Of a stretch of 64,000 nt of DNA, positions 26,800 through 38,639 are shown piece by piece. The DNA comes from Eledone cirrhosa (Eukaryota), in assembly GCA_964016885.1 (NCBI GenBank), contig OZ024740.1, positions 244,528,001 through 244,592,000 on the forward strand. The letters are read 5' to 3'. Positions within the stretch are counted from its first letter, which is position 1. Each line of letters begins with the position of its first letter. A model generated the notes under the pieces. The model made no database searches, was not told the DNA's origin, and saw only the letters and a list, made by a program, of their open reading frames with translations. The translations under genes were made by a program, and so were the position numbers.

Positions 26800-29700
26800 C
26801 TACAGGATGGTATACAGAGAAGGCCCATTTACACGAGCCATTCTCGCCACTATCACCCACCTTTCATAAAACTGCCTGTGGCCAAGCACCTCTCTCTCCA
26901 TTCTTATCCTTCTTCCGAAGTGATATCGGAAGAAGTAGACCAGACTATGGCCAGAGAGGAAGTTGCCTGACCTCAGACCTTTCAATCGTGTCCACCAAAC
27001 AACCTCTTTCAACATGGCTATTACGCACAGAAAAACCGCCTTTGCTTCCTTTGTGAAGAGGGGAGGCGGTTTGATTGTCATCACGGACTCGGCGGTCAAT
27101 TTAATCGGCGCCACCCGCGACAGCAGTTGTTCGGCGTAGCCCCACAGATCAGCCACGCCAGGACATTGCACCAATGCGTGCGCCACGGTTTCTTCGTGAC
27201 GCACGCACCTAGGGCAAATCTTTTTTGAGGGATCCCTGCCCGGGCGCCCGTGTCTGTAGAGCCTCTCTCGAACGGGTAGAGCCCCTCGGTAGCACTGCCA
27301 GGCCAGTGACTTCTGGAAGTTGTCCATTGGTCCCGGGCCGAAAGTCCTACCGAACAGGCTGGCCAGTTCGTCTTCTTCCATGTCCAGCGACTCTCCAAGG
27401 GTGTCATCGCCCCTGCTAGCCACCAGCCCTCTATAGAATGATGAGGTGGATTCTCCACCGATGGCCCGGCCCGCTTGCCAGAGAGCCCTGAGCGCCTGAG
27501 CACACTCAGTGTGCCAGTCTCCCAGTTTTCCGGATCTTTGCTTGACCCAGGACTGTAGCTCGGTGAGTGAGACGAGTCTCGGAAAGGCTCGTTTCACGAA
27601 CGGAGCCCACACCGGTTGACCAGTGAGGAATACCTGTAGGTGCCGTAGCCTTAATGCGTGCCTACGCATCATCAACCACGGCATCCCCAGCCCTCCTTTC
27701 GAAGGTTGTTGGCAGCAGATGGATCTTCTCACCATAGGAGGACGCTTCTTCCAAAGAAATTGGAAGAGCATGCGTTCCATGGTGGTGAGTGTTTCCTTAG
27801 GGCAAGGCACGACAGTCAGGCGGTAGTAAGTGACGGACGCTATGTAAATGTTCGCCACCTCCGCCCGGCCTTTTAGGGACAGCTTACACTTGGCCCATTT
27901 CTGGGTTAGTGCAAACACCTTGTTCGTAACCTCGTTCCAGTTCTTTTCCACCTGGAGGTCCGGTCCAAACCAGACCCCAAGCAACTTTACCGGGCCCTCC
28001 GTCCAGTGTCCGACGACACCGTCAGGAGGCATCGGTCTGCCTCTCCACGTTCCGAGTTGCAGCCCGATGGATTTTTCCCGGTTCAGTTTCGCTCCTGACA
28101 ACCTTTCGTACTCCTCCAGTAAGGTACCGATCGCCTCGATCTCCGAGTCGGTTGATACCATTACTGTTACGTCATCGGCGTAGGCCGACACCGCTTTGCT
28201 CAATCCTGGTTCCAGGGGGATACCCTGCAACAACTCCAACTTCCTCAGTAAAGGCTCGAGAGTCAATACGTACAGAAGGGAGGAGAGAGGGCACCCCTGT
28301 CGAATGGATCGTGTGATTTCGAACGGCTTCGAAAGGTAGCCGTTCACCTTGATCCTAGAACAGATGTGGTTGCTATGTAGGGCAGTGATCCAGCCTCTGA
28401 AAACAGGACCGAACCCAGCCGCCGCTAGCACCGCATCCAGGTAACCATGGTCGACCCTATCGAAGGCCTTAGACTGATCCAAGTTGATCAGGGCCCCACC
28501 GAAGCCGGGTTTGTTGCCAACCCTCTCTATGATGTATCGCATGAGGTGGAGGTTATCGTGAATGGACCTGGATGGGATAGCACATGTCTGCGCATCTCCC
28601 ACCAGGCCACTCACGACAAGCGCCAACCTCTTTGCTAACACCTTGGCCAAAATCTTTAACTCTGTGTTTAGCAGGGTTATGGGCCGAAAATTATTTATAC
28701 TATCCCCCTTTTTCTCGTCCTTCCTCACCAGCGTGACTACGCCCTTGGCTACAGAACAAGGAATTCTCCCGTTCTGCTGCCAATTGCAGTAGACCGCTGC
28801 GAGGAGTTCGGAGAAGAAGACCGGCATTGCTAAATAAAGTTCGTAAGGTATACCATCGAGACCTGGAGATTTGCGTCTGCTGCATTGGCTCAGCGCATCT
28901 CCGATCTCATCAGCCGAGATTGGTCCCTCGCAGGACTCTGCCTCTTTGTTCGAGAGACGCGGCAGGCCGTCGAGGTATGGACCGAAATCCACGCCCCGGC
29001 CCGGACCCTCGCCTCCCCCGAACAATCGGGCAAAGTGCTTTTGAAAGGCCTCGCACATCTGCTTAGGCTCCCGGATCACTCGTCCATCTTCGTCTTGCAA
29101 CGACCGGATGGTGGATCGATTTCCACTTTTAGCTTCTGTCACGCGGGCCCATCCAACGGCTTTGGCCCCCTCATTACCTAGAGCACGTATTTTACTTCGA
29201 ATGACGCAGCCTTCATGCTTTGCATCGAAAAACTGGTTCAAGGCCGTCCTCGATGCCAGCACTCTGGCCACATCTTCGCTCTTGATTGCCTCTTCTAATT
29301 TACCTGTTAATTCTTTCTCGTTTCTATTCCTATTGGCAGCTAACATCTTGCTATAACTTATTGATTCTGTTCTAATCTCTCTTTTGAGAGATGCCCACCA
29401 TCGGTTGTTGACGATTGCACCCGTCAACCTCTCCTTAACTAATCTGCTAATCCGGTTTCTGTAAGTCTCTTTTGCCGGTAAAGACAAATTAAGTTTCCAG
29501 TAACCGGGACCCTGTCTATGTGTTTTCTCGAGATTGACCACGCAGGTCACTAATTTGTGATCCGTGTAGCCAACCGTGCGCATTTCTGGACAGCTTAATA
29601 TGTCCCTATCCTTACTTCTAACTAAGATTCTATCTAAGTACGATCTAGATTGACCACTGTGGTTTCTCCAAGTCCAGGTAGGCACAGTTGGAAAATCTAG

Positions 29701-30237
29701 TCGATATCTATCGACCAAGTTAAAACGGTCGAGTAACCCCTTGAGGCTGTTACACCCCCCTCTATTAGGACATGCTCCTGCATAGTCCCATCGTGCATCT
29801 AGGATGTCATTCCAATCCCCCGCTAGAAGCAGGGAACGCGACGTTCCCAGAAAAGTCTCCAAACGCTGGAAGAAGTCGGGCCGTTCAGCTCCGAAAGGGG
29901 AGTAGACGGCGACCAGTCTCAAGGCCGCACTTTCACTACTGCCAACGTCTAGCACCAACAAACGACCCTCCGGGTCCGAGTGCACAACCTGTACGGCAAG
30001 ACCCAGGTGTTTTTGCAGCAGCACGACAACCCCACCCCCACCTCCAGGTTGACAGAGAGATGCATGCACCTCAAAGTCATCGAAGGTGGGGGCCAGCTGC
30101 CGCATGACGCTGATTCGAGTCTCACAGATAACCATTACATTTATACTACATGACCTGAGGTCATTTAGAAGCTTTGCTTGCTTCCAAGTTGAGCCCAGGC
30201 CACGTGCATTCAAACATCCTACTCTTAACACATCCAT
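26800..30237 (-). CDS. ORF2: APE endonuclease + reverse transcriptase + C-terminal CCHC (1145 aa)
   Basis: LNARG, CETR, GDWN, SYLDRI, TDH (APE); KSPGLDG, FRPITLLN, LDQSKAFDRV, RQGCPLS, YADD (RT); CPRC..ETVAHALVQC. Confidence 0.97.
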   Translation of the reverse strand: MDVLRVGCLNARGLGSTWKQAKLLNDLRSCSINVMVICETRISVMRQLAPTFDDFEVHASLCQPGGGGGVVVLLQKHLGLAVQVVHSDPEGRLLVLDVGSSESAALRLVAVYSPFGAERPDFFQRLETFLGTSRSLLLAGDWNDILDARWDYAGACPNRGGCNSLKGLLDRFNLVDRYRLDFPTVPTWTWRNHSGQSRSYLDRILVRSKDRDILSCPEMRTVGYTDHKLVTCVVNLEKTHRQGPGYWKLNLSLPAKETYRNRISRLVKERLTGAIVNNRWWASLKREIRTESISYSKMLAANRNRNEKELTGKLEEAIKSEDVARVLASRTALNQFFDAKHEGCVIRSKIRALGNEGAKAVGWARVTEAKSGNRSTIRSLQDEDGRVIREPKQMCEAFQKHFARLFGGGEGPGRGVDFGPYLDGLPRLSNKEAESCEGPISADEIGDALSQCSRRKSPGLDGIPYELYLAMPVFFSELLAAVYCNWQQNGRIPCSVAKGVVTLVRKDEKKGDSINNFRPITLLNTELKILAKVLAKRLALVVSGLVGDAQTCAIPSRSIHDNLHLMRYIIERVGNKPGFGGALINLDQSKAFDRVDHGYLDAVLAAAGFGPVFRGWITALHSNHICSRIKVNGYLSKPFEITRSIRQGCPLSSLLYVLTLEPLLRKLELLQGIPLEPGLSKAVSAYADDVTVMVSTDSEIEAIGTLLEEYERLSGAKLNREKSIGLQLGTWRGRPMPPDGVVGHWTEGPVKLLGVWFGPDLQVEKNWNEVTNKVFALTQKWAKCKLSLKGRAEVANIYIASVTYYRLTVVPCPKETLTTMERMLFQFLWKKRPPMVRRSICCQQPSKGGLGMPWLMMRRHALRLRHLQVFLTGQPVWAPFVKRAFPRLVSLTELQSWVKQRSGKLGDWHTECAQALRALWQAGRAIGGESTSSFYRGLVASRGDDTLGESLDMEEDELASLFGRTFGPGPMDNFQKSLAWQCYRGALPVRERLYRHGRPGRDPSKKICPRCVRHEETVAHALVQCPGVADLWGYAEQLLSRVAPIKLTAESVMTIKPPPLFTKEAKAVFLCVIAMLKEVVWWTRLKGLRSGNFLSGHSLVYFFRYHFGRRIRMEREVLGHRQFYERWVIVARMARVNGPSLYTIL

Positions 30238-30270
30238 GTGGGCGGCAGAGCCAAAGGAGAGTGTAGAGAC

Positions 30271-31995
30271 CTACCTTTCCGCTTCCCGGGGTTCGGGTTG
30301 CACGACTTCCATGGGGTCGGGGGTGTTGGGTGAAGGGGTGTCTTGTGGTGGTGTGGGGTCGTCGGTGTGTGGTGGGGTTGGGGTGTTTGGAGTTGTGTTG
30401 GGGAGGGGAAGGGGAGGGGGAAAGCTTTTTAGTAGGACGCGGTTTATGGGTTTGACAGAGGGTGGTCCTACGTCCTCCTTAAAATCCTTTTTTAGTTTTT
30501 GGTAGAGGTTCATTGGGATTTTTATTAGTTTTAAATGTGGGTGGTTTTCTGATGAAACAAAGTTTACACCTTCGGTTTGTACCGAAGGATTATTGTATAT
30601 GAGTTCATTTAATTTATTATTGTTTCTGTTGATGTAAGTATAGTGTAATGTCTTTTTTTCCGATGGTGTGAGTGTTTCGAAGAGGGGAGGGGCAGGTTTG
30701 GTTTTGTTTGTTGCTGGAGGGGTGTTTTCTGTTTTGTTAGATTGTGTTGCGATTTGGGTGGGGGTTGTTTGTCCTTGTGTGTTTTGCACATGTTTTCTTT
30801 TTTTCCTTTTAATCTGTCTGAAGGACTCCGTTTCTTCCTCCGAATTCGTTGGGTTATCTTCAGTGTTGGAGGGAAGAGGTATGTTTGCTGGTAATGTTTC
30901 CGTGTTGGTTTTCTTTGTGGGGGAGATGGATGTCACTATGTTAGACTGTGTTGTGTGTTGTGTCTGCGGTGGTTGTGTTGTTTTATTGAGTGAGAGGTTG
31001 GGTGGGCCTGTATTTTGTTTTGGGGTAATGTGTTGTGACTGTTTGTGTTGTGGTGGTGTTGTGGTGTTACTGAGGGACGGGTTGGGTGGGACTGAGTTTT
31101 GTTGTTTGTTTATCTGTTGTGGTGGTGGTGGTGGAGCTGGTGTTGGTAGCAGGGTTTTCTTTTTGTTGAGTTGGGGACAAGCGGCCTTCAGGTGCCCTCT
31201 GCCTGCACAGATATGGCAGGACGGCCTTCTCCCCTCCACGCTAATGTTTATATACCCGTGGTCCTCTAATAGGATTCTGTCGGGTATTTGGGCGATGCGT
31301 TCAGGCTTCATTTGTACTACCAGCTCTATACCTGTTCCACTGAACGCATTGCCTGTGGTTTTCCCAATGGAAATCACGTTGTCATTCACTGGATCGATGA
31401 AGCCAGCTATGAGCCAGCAGTAGTCCACATCTGGCATCATTGCATCCAGCCATATGCGTTGAGTTTTTTTTCCCATATAAGATGGATAAAAGGTGAAATT
31501 TTTCGAACGAATCGGTGACAAAGCACATTTTTTTGCTGCCGATTCGTTCTTCATGATAATTGCTAGACTTCCATACAGTCTGTCTTTTCTTATGAAAGTT
31601 GTTTCATTCAGTACTTCTGCGAGTACTGTTTTGATATCTGCTTGAGAAGGCTGTTCAGGTTTTTTTGTACTGTTGTTGATGGTCCGAAACTTGACCGTTC
31701 GGCTTTCAATGTCTTTCGTGAATTCTTGAGGCATTTTTACCAATAAAATACCATTCTCACCTTCACTTATGTATTGTTTTGCGTCCGTGATCCTTCGTAC
31801 CACATCTGAAATGTTTTCCGCTATATAAGTCAAAGATTTCTTTGTTTTCTGTGCAAATGAAATCTGGTCGTCTGCTTTGTTTTCTGATATGATGTTATTT
31901 TCAACTGTTATTTTTTTGTTTGTTGTGTCTTTGTTTGTGTTATTAGTATTGTCATGCAATTTTTCAAATTTTTTTTTTTTCGTTGTTTTCGTCAT
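30271..31995 (-). CDS. ORF1: gag-like nucleic-acid-binding protein (574 aa)
   Basis: ATG start, Cx2Cx4Hx4C knuckle CHICAGRGHLKAAC, basic KRKKRK cluster, Pro/Thr/Gln-rich C-terminal half; lies directly upstream of ORF2. Confidence 0.93.
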   Translation of the reverse strand: MTKTTKKKKFEKLHDNTNNTNKDTTNKKITVENNIISENKADDQISFAQKTKKSLTYIAENISDVVRRITDAKQYISEGENGILLVKMPQEFTKDIESRTVKFRTINNSTKKPEQPSQADIKTVLAEVLNETTFIRKDRLYGSLAIIMKNESAAKKCALSPIRSKNFTFYPSYMGKKTQRIWLDAMMPDVDYCWLIAGFIDPVNDNVISIGKTTGNAFSGTGIELVVQMKPERIAQIPDRILLEDHGYINISVEGRRPSCHICAGRGHLKAACPQLNKKKTLLPTPAPPPPPQQINKQQNSVPPNPSLSNTTTPPQHKQSQHITPKQNTGPPNLSLNKTTQPPQTQHTTQSNIVTSISPTKKTNTETLPANIPLPSNTEDNPTNSEEETESFRQIKRKKRKHVQNTQGQTTPTQIATQSNKTENTPPATNKTKPAPPLFETLTPSEKKTLHYTYINRNNNKLNELIYNNPSVQTEGVNFVSSENHPHLKLIKIPMNLYQKLKKDFKEDVGPPSVKPINRVLLKSFPPPLPLPNTTPNTPTPPHTDDPTPPQDTPSPNTPDPMEVVQPEPREAER

Positions 31996-32385
31996 TTAAT
32001 TTTTTTTCCTCCGCAGATTCGTCCGTTTTTATTTTCATTTTTCCTTCCTTCTCTATGACGTTAGTTGGGAAGGAAGGGAGGACTAAAGCGTGCGAGCTTA
32101 CAACTCTTACCGCTGTCCCCCCACCACTATTTTCGTTCGCTGCGTTTAACATTTCTGTTAGACGATTGAAATTTTTTACACAAAATTTTTTAAAACAGGT
32201 TTTTCACCTCTAGGAGGGGTAAAGATGAGCTGACCCACCGCCTGACAGTTCAGACGGAGGGTCAAGCTACACAATTGTATCAAAATTAAGTTTGAACTCA
32301 CAAAATTTCCTCAATAAATTTGAACAAAACTTCTGTGCGAAGTGAATGACATCCACACTGTAGAACAGACGACAGCTAGATTTTT

Positions 32386-32420
<35 letters not shown>

Positions 32421-32624
32421 TATATGCACTAGTCGATTTCTTCCAGAGAGAGAGGAAGAGAGAGAGAAAGAGAGTGGGGAGTGAGGGAGAGAGGTTTCGC
32501 AAAGTTTCCGTCTATCAATTTCCACTTACAAAGCCTTAATCAACACAAGGCTGAAATTTCTTGTCCAAAGTACCACACAGTGAGTTTGACTCTTGACTAC
32601 ATAGCTGTTGCGAAGCGAACTACT

Positions 32625-33090
32625 TAACAACATAACCAGGAAGGGATTATAATATTACGAAGCTGGCGGATGGTTTGCCAGAATATGTTTTTGCTGTTAG
32701 TTTTCTGATTAACCCCTAGGTCCTCCCATTTTTTCACTTTCGACGCCTTCACTGTTTCTGCTGCGACCTTTCGCTCCTGCTTGTACCGCAAGTGCAAGGA
32801 GGACATATTTCAAATCAAAGTTTTTAAGCCTCTTTTTTTGCGTGGATGGCATCTTTGACCACTTGATTGAACCAAGAAATCCTCTTGTCACCCGGCACCA
32901 CACCAAGCTTCTTTTGCCCGCAGCATTTAACGGCTGAAGCAGAAACTGCCGAGCTGAACAGTCAACACTCCATTTCGACATCCAGGGTTTATCTAGGGAG
33001 TTCTCTGAATTTGGATTCAATAGTATTTGCTTATCTGTTCCTGACTTCTTTATCCGCCAGTGCTTCTCACATTATCCTCTAGGTCGAGCT
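32625..33090 (-). mobile_element. RTE LINE internal fragment
   Basis: WWCRVT, AETVKASKVKKWEDLG..IFWQTIRQLR; homologous to 38640-39160. Confidence 0.75.
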
Positions 33091-33113
33091 GGTCCTGTAA
33101 GTTTTGTGGGTTT

Positions 33114-33199
33114 TCTTGTGGCTTTAGGTAGTCTCTTCTTGTGGCTTTAGGTAGTCTCTTCTTGTGGCTTTAGGTAGTCTCTTCTTGTGGCTTTAGGTA
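33114..33199. repeat. 23-bp tandem repeat, ~3.7 copies
   Basis: TTCTTGTGGCTTTAGGTAGTCTC repeated exactly. Confidence 0.95.
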
Positions 33200-33239
33200 G
33201 GCTGCCCTGATGTTTCTATATGAATGCCCTAGAATACTA

Positions 33240-34212
33240 AGGCATTCGTATAGAAATATCATTGAAACTATTCAATGTGCATGCTGGACTCTGCCATGAA
33301 TGCTTACTGTACTCTCTCCTGTTCATAATCTTTATGGAGAGGATTGTCATGCAGGACCGTGTTGGACATGGTACCAGGTCTAGCAGATGTAAGATTAATC
33401 AGCTGGAATTTGTGGACGATATATTATTACTTAACACGTCAAAAAGTGATATCTTACATGTACTTGATAGGTTTGATACCGAGTGCTGCATGCCCGGAAT
33501 GAAAATTAGTGCTGCGAAAACTGTCAGACTCATCCTCCCAAAGAAGCCTACTCAATGCACATGTGAGTGGAGTTCCACTGAATCAGGTGAAGTTCAAGTA
33601 TCTCGGGGTTGTGTTGACGAGTGTTGGAAGGCAGGAAGCTGAATTAAGTGCAAGAATGGTAGGAGCTGGTGCAGTAATGTACCAACCTCAGTATTCAATC
33701 ACCAGACTCACTATCTTCAATTGGGTATTCGTGTCAACCCTTACCTATGCTCACAAGTCTTGAGTACTGACCAAAAGAATATGATCACGAATACAAGCGA
33801 CCGAAATGGGATTCATCCTAGGGGGTCTTTGGAGTAACGTTACTCGATCTGGTGCGTAGCTTGGAGATCAGAGAGTCACTCCAGGTAGAGCCGCTACTTC
33901 TTTGAATTGAAAGAACACAGCTCCACCATTACGGACAGGTGCTTAGAATGTCTCAGGAAAAAATCGCTGGACAAATTTTACGGGCAAATCCAACCGGTAA
34001 GAGGCCTTGGAGTAAACCCCGAGCACGATGACTAGATAAGATCCATGAGCTCGGTTGGTCATGCTTGGGGATCCAGCCAGATAAATTGGTGATGGTTGCT
34101 TCTGAGAAGACTTACTGGAGGAGTGCTTGACGACTGTCCCACGACACTCCCAAGCAAGAAGAAGAAGAAGAAGAAGAAGAAGAAGAAGAAGAAGAAGAAG
34201 AAGAAGAAGAAG

Positions 34213-34241
<29 letters not shown>
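33240..34241 (+). mobile_element. RTE LINE 3' part with (GAA)n tail
   Basis: LLFIIFMERI, LEFVDDILLL, GMKISAAKT, FKYLG; (GAA)n at 34157-34241. Confidence 0.88.
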
Positions 34242-34243
<2 letters not shown>

Positions 34244-35218
34244 GATTAGAATATTTCAAATGGAAATGTATTTTAGACGTGAAATGAAACCATTTAAACT
34301 CTTAACGTATGAAATCGCGTAAGAAAAATTCAAAACAACACGATGACTATATCACATTAAGACCTTCCTCTAAAGCGGCAAATGTTCGCAACGATATGTC
34401 CACCAGTAAAGATAGAATAAATATTTGAATTAACAAACCCGTTTTCAGATATGTTTTACTAAATCACTACAGGATACCAAGAATTACTTGAACAACTGCC
34501 CTGATGTAGTGAGCGGGAGAGGAGAGAGAAAAAGAGGAGTTTTTTAAAGGATGCGAGAAAAGTTGTAGGTTACAGTGGAATTTGTACTCAAGGAGCCAGA
34601 ACAAATAGCACGTATACCATTTCAATGTTTCACTGCTTTGGACTGGTGCATTTTTATAGACTACGAAAGGATGAAATGCTGACAAGAATGACTCAAGCAG
34701 GATTTGAACTCAGGAAGCAGAGATTCGGAACAAATACTGCCAGGTCTATTGTCCTGCACTCTTGTCAATTCACTGGCCATCAAATTAGAAAATGCACCAT
34801 GATGATATTGATACTGATATTGATCAGTGAACGGCAGGCAATTGATTCCATGTAGGGGTGTATTGAACAAGTAAATTTGCAGATTTGACCTTTACCGTTT
34901 CAGGGTAATTTTAAAGACATTGTCTCAGACAAAGAAATGGTTTCTAAAGCTAAAACGGTAAAATACTGAAATAGAAGTCGGAACAATTAAAACAATTTGA
35001 AATGAAACAGGTGCTTACATCTGGCAATTTACAAGACCCAAAGACGTTTAGTTTCTCTCTTATCTTCTCCCCCCCCCCCCTTCTGTTTGTTACTTGTCTG
35101 ACTGTCTAATTGCCTGTCTGCTCACCTATCTGTCTATTTATTTTCTATCTACCTACCTAAGTTTCTTCCGACATACCTACCAGTCAACTTTCTTACCTAC
35201 CTACCTACCTATCAATCA

Positions 35219-35278
<60 letters not shown>

Positions 35279-35290
35279 CTCTATCTATCT

Positions 35291-35336
35291 TTGTATTGTC
35301 CCCTTTCTTGTTGCGCCCTTGTGGCTAATAAATAAA
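35291..35336 (+). mobile_element. 46-bp Tx1 3'-terminal fragment within (TCTA)n
   Basis: TTGTATTGTCCCC..GCCCTTGTGGCTAATAAATAAA matches Tx1 3' UTR ends. Confidence 0.75.
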
Positions 35337-35375
35337 TCTATCTATCTATCTATCTATCTATCTACCTACCTATCA

Positions 35376-35433
<58 letters not shown>

Positions 35434-35974
35434 TGTAATGATCAAGCCGCCTCCCCCCCTTCAAAGATGAAGCAGAGGCGGTGTTTCTGTGCGTAATAAC
35501 CATGGCGAAAGAGGTTGTATGGTGGACGCGTCTGAAAGGACTGAGGTCAGGCACCTTTCTCTCTGGCCAACAACTGGTCCGTTTCTTCCGATATCATTTC
35601 GGAAGAAGGATCAGGATGGAGAGAGAGGTGCTGCACCCCAGTCGTTTTTATGAAAGGTGGGTGAAAGTGGCGAGAATGGCCCGTGTGAATGGGCCTTCTC
35701 TTTACATAAGCCTGTAGGTGGAAAAGAGGAAGGAACGAGGGAGCACCCCCTCTCTGTGCTCCTGAGGAAAAGGGTTGCACACTTTTTCGGGGGTGTGTGC
35801 GACCCCCCAAGGCGCCTCCTCTCTATTGAGGATTTTGTTATAAATTTTATTTTTTGTTATATATTATTTTTATATATTGTTATTGCCTCCTCCTTATTGA
35901 GGACGCCTTTTTGTGTAAACTCCCCCCCTTGTACTTGTCCCACTTTTGATGCCCTGGTGGCAAATAAAAGAAAC
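35434..35974 (+). mobile_element. Tx1 5'-truncated copy (TCTA-type family)
   Basis: FLCVITMAKEVVWWTRLKGLRSG..FFRYHFGRRIRMERE, very close to the C-terminus of the intact ORF2; (TCTA)n on both sides. Confidence 0.92.
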
Positions 35975-36122
35975 ATATCTATCTATCTATCTGTCTCTGA
36001 CTGTTTATCGCTCTCTCAGTACACACACACGCACACACAGACACACAAACACACACACACACACACACATACACACACATATATATACACACGCATAAGG
36101 CCTAAGAAATTATACACCCGTT

Positions 36123-36153
<31 letters not shown>

Positions 36154-36195
36154 GTGTGTGCGTGAGGGAGAGATAGAGAGAGATAGAAAGAGAGA

Positions 36196-36252
<57 letters not shown>

Positions 36253-36256
36253 TAAG

Positions 36257-36296
<40 letters not shown>

Positions 36297-36744
36297 TGTA
36301 TACCTACCCGTGTGTTGGTTGTATCTGTATGTCTAACTACCAAATCGTTCATTTATCTATTTTACCGTCAATTCTGTCTGCTGTGATAAACAAAGCAGAA
36401 ATTAGTGATTTATGTTGTATGTGTGTATCAACCAAATAAGAAAAATCTATCAGTAAAAGAAATAAAGGAAATATTCAGAAGAGAGGTATCTAGAAATGAA
36501 AGTATGAAAGATGTAGAAACTAACAAGAGTAATATAATCAACCATAATAATACGCCATGCGTGTTTCTATATTTATAAATAACTCAGTCAATAATTCTTA
36601 AAAATTTATACACACAAACATGCACACATATACAGACAATGTATTTCCTATATCAGTCATGTTGCTATAATAAGAAGTTCGCTCTCCATACATAAGGTCC
36701 TGGGTTCTAACTGTACATTTATCATTGTAAATAGTTATTTCTCC

Positions 36745-37800
36745 AAAGTTAATGCTAAAAGGAACACCATGGAAATCATCCAGCAAATAGCAAACCCCAT
36801 CCACCAGAGTATTAAAGTTAACATAGACTACTCAACCAAACATCCCAACAATAGACTACCTGTACTAGGTACAGAACTCTGGTTAGAAACCATTAGTAAT
36901 AAAACACAGATCCTCCATTCGCATTATACCAAACCCATGGTCTCAAAGTACCTGATCCACCGAAATTCAGTCATTTCGGATAATGTGAAAGTCAACAGAG
37001 TAAAAGTGATGAACGATCCTAAAGAATTAGAGAGACACATCAACACTTCATCCACCGCATGCAGTTCTCTGGCTACATTCAGAAAAACAGAACTAAGATG
37101 TATAAAGGAGCCAGGGTCAAATAGATCAATATTATAGAAAATGATGCGAATGAGACTTGTCCCAACTTTAGGAGCAAATTTTGGAATAGGATAGAGAGAA
37201 CTAGGAAGAAGACAAATTAGATCAACTAATGGTATGGCAGCAACAAATACCAGAGTGTAATGTTCGTCAATGTAACCCCCAGAGGCGAACTAGCATACAG
37301 ATTTAGAAGGGCTCTATACAAATTAAAATTGAATATTAAGATAGTAGAACAATTAGGTATTCCTATAAAAGCCCTGATTAGTCGAACATACCCGTTTGAG
37401 AAAAACCCCTGCAACCCCTGCACTGACAGAAAATGTAAAGTCTGCAAATTAAGCCCATAAATAAAACTGTAAAACTTGGAACGTAGTATATAGCTTAAGA
37501 TGTGCGTAGGACAATGTGGGAATAGGAACATGACATACATAGGTGGGACAGTCCGTAACATTGGAGAAAGGGTAAAAGAACACTGGTGAGAACTCCAAGA
37601 TGAGAAAAACTCATCAGTACTCCACCAACATGCCAGAATGGAACATAGGGGCACACTAGATAACATCGAGATAAAAATCATATCCATACATAGAACAGGT
37701 ACAATGCTCCGACAGATTATAGATGTGACAAACATAAACGAACTCCAACCAAAACTAAACAGAAAGTGGAATAGCAACAACCTTACAACGTAGTAACTAA
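36745..37800 (+). mobile_element. Penelope-like element, decayed RT thumb + GIY-YIG
   Basis: RLPVLGTELW..HYTKPMVSKYLIHRNS; CNPCTDRKCKVC; NVVYSLRC..TYIGGTVRNIGERVKEH..SVLHQH. Confidence 0.8.
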
Positions 37801-38639
37801 GGACAACGAGAGACACACAAGAAATAAACTAATAAAACAAATCAGACACATACAGATAGAACAAGTAACCAACTAATGACAAGTAGGAAAGAAAAACTAA
37901 ATAAATAAACAAATAAATATATCTAAAAAAATTGATAAATAAAAAATATGCACAAACACGACCCCCCCCCGCCCCCACCAGTTTAGTATACCACGCCACT
38001 GGAAATTTAACTGAACTCATAATTCGTCAACTCTTATCACCTTTATCATGTATCTTTATTTCCATTTCGGTACCTTTCACATATTTTTCATTTCTTTCAT
38101 TTTGCAGTTTTATTTATTTCTATTTTTTATTTTTTATTTGATTGACTGAGATATTAACTTATTAATTGATTAATTATTACGTTTTATAATTTGAATTTCT
38201 CTGTTATGTTTCGTTATGGCTCTCAGTATTTTCCCATCTGTGTTCATTAGTAACCCGATTGATAGGTTTCTCTATCTATCTATAATACACTATATAGATC
38301 GAAAACTTCATATAATATGAAAGATTCAATTGTTAATCTCTAGTTCTGAATATTTAATGTTCAATATTGAACCCTATTATGTCATTTCTAACACTAATTT
38401 ATACATCTTCCCATTTATTTTTAATTATTTTCAAATGGTAATTCTGAAGTTTTAATTTTTTTAATTTTTAATATTTAATTGTCAATGTGGAATTCAAATT
38501 AATGTATTTATCCTCTTTGCGGTCAACGTGCTGGCATGAGTTACCCCAACATAAATTAGTGGTAATAGGCGGGGTGATGCATGCACTCCACCACCTGATT
38601 TCTGACTTATTGATGCTGATGTCAGCTGGTGAATATATG

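Noticed and set aside
30668-31423. 251-aa antisense ORF inside Tx1 ORF1
   Set aside because: Explained by the A/C-rich low-complexity sense strand; no motifs, non-ATG start
33114-33199. Short direct repeats as a CRISPR-like array
   Set aside because: Contiguous repeats with no spacers; eukaryotic context; no cas genes
36745-37800. In-frame TGA codons as selenocysteine, as in some Naiad Penelope-like elements
   Set aside because: The copy also has TAA/TAG stops and frameshifts, and the TGAs are not at evident Cys positions; ordinary decay
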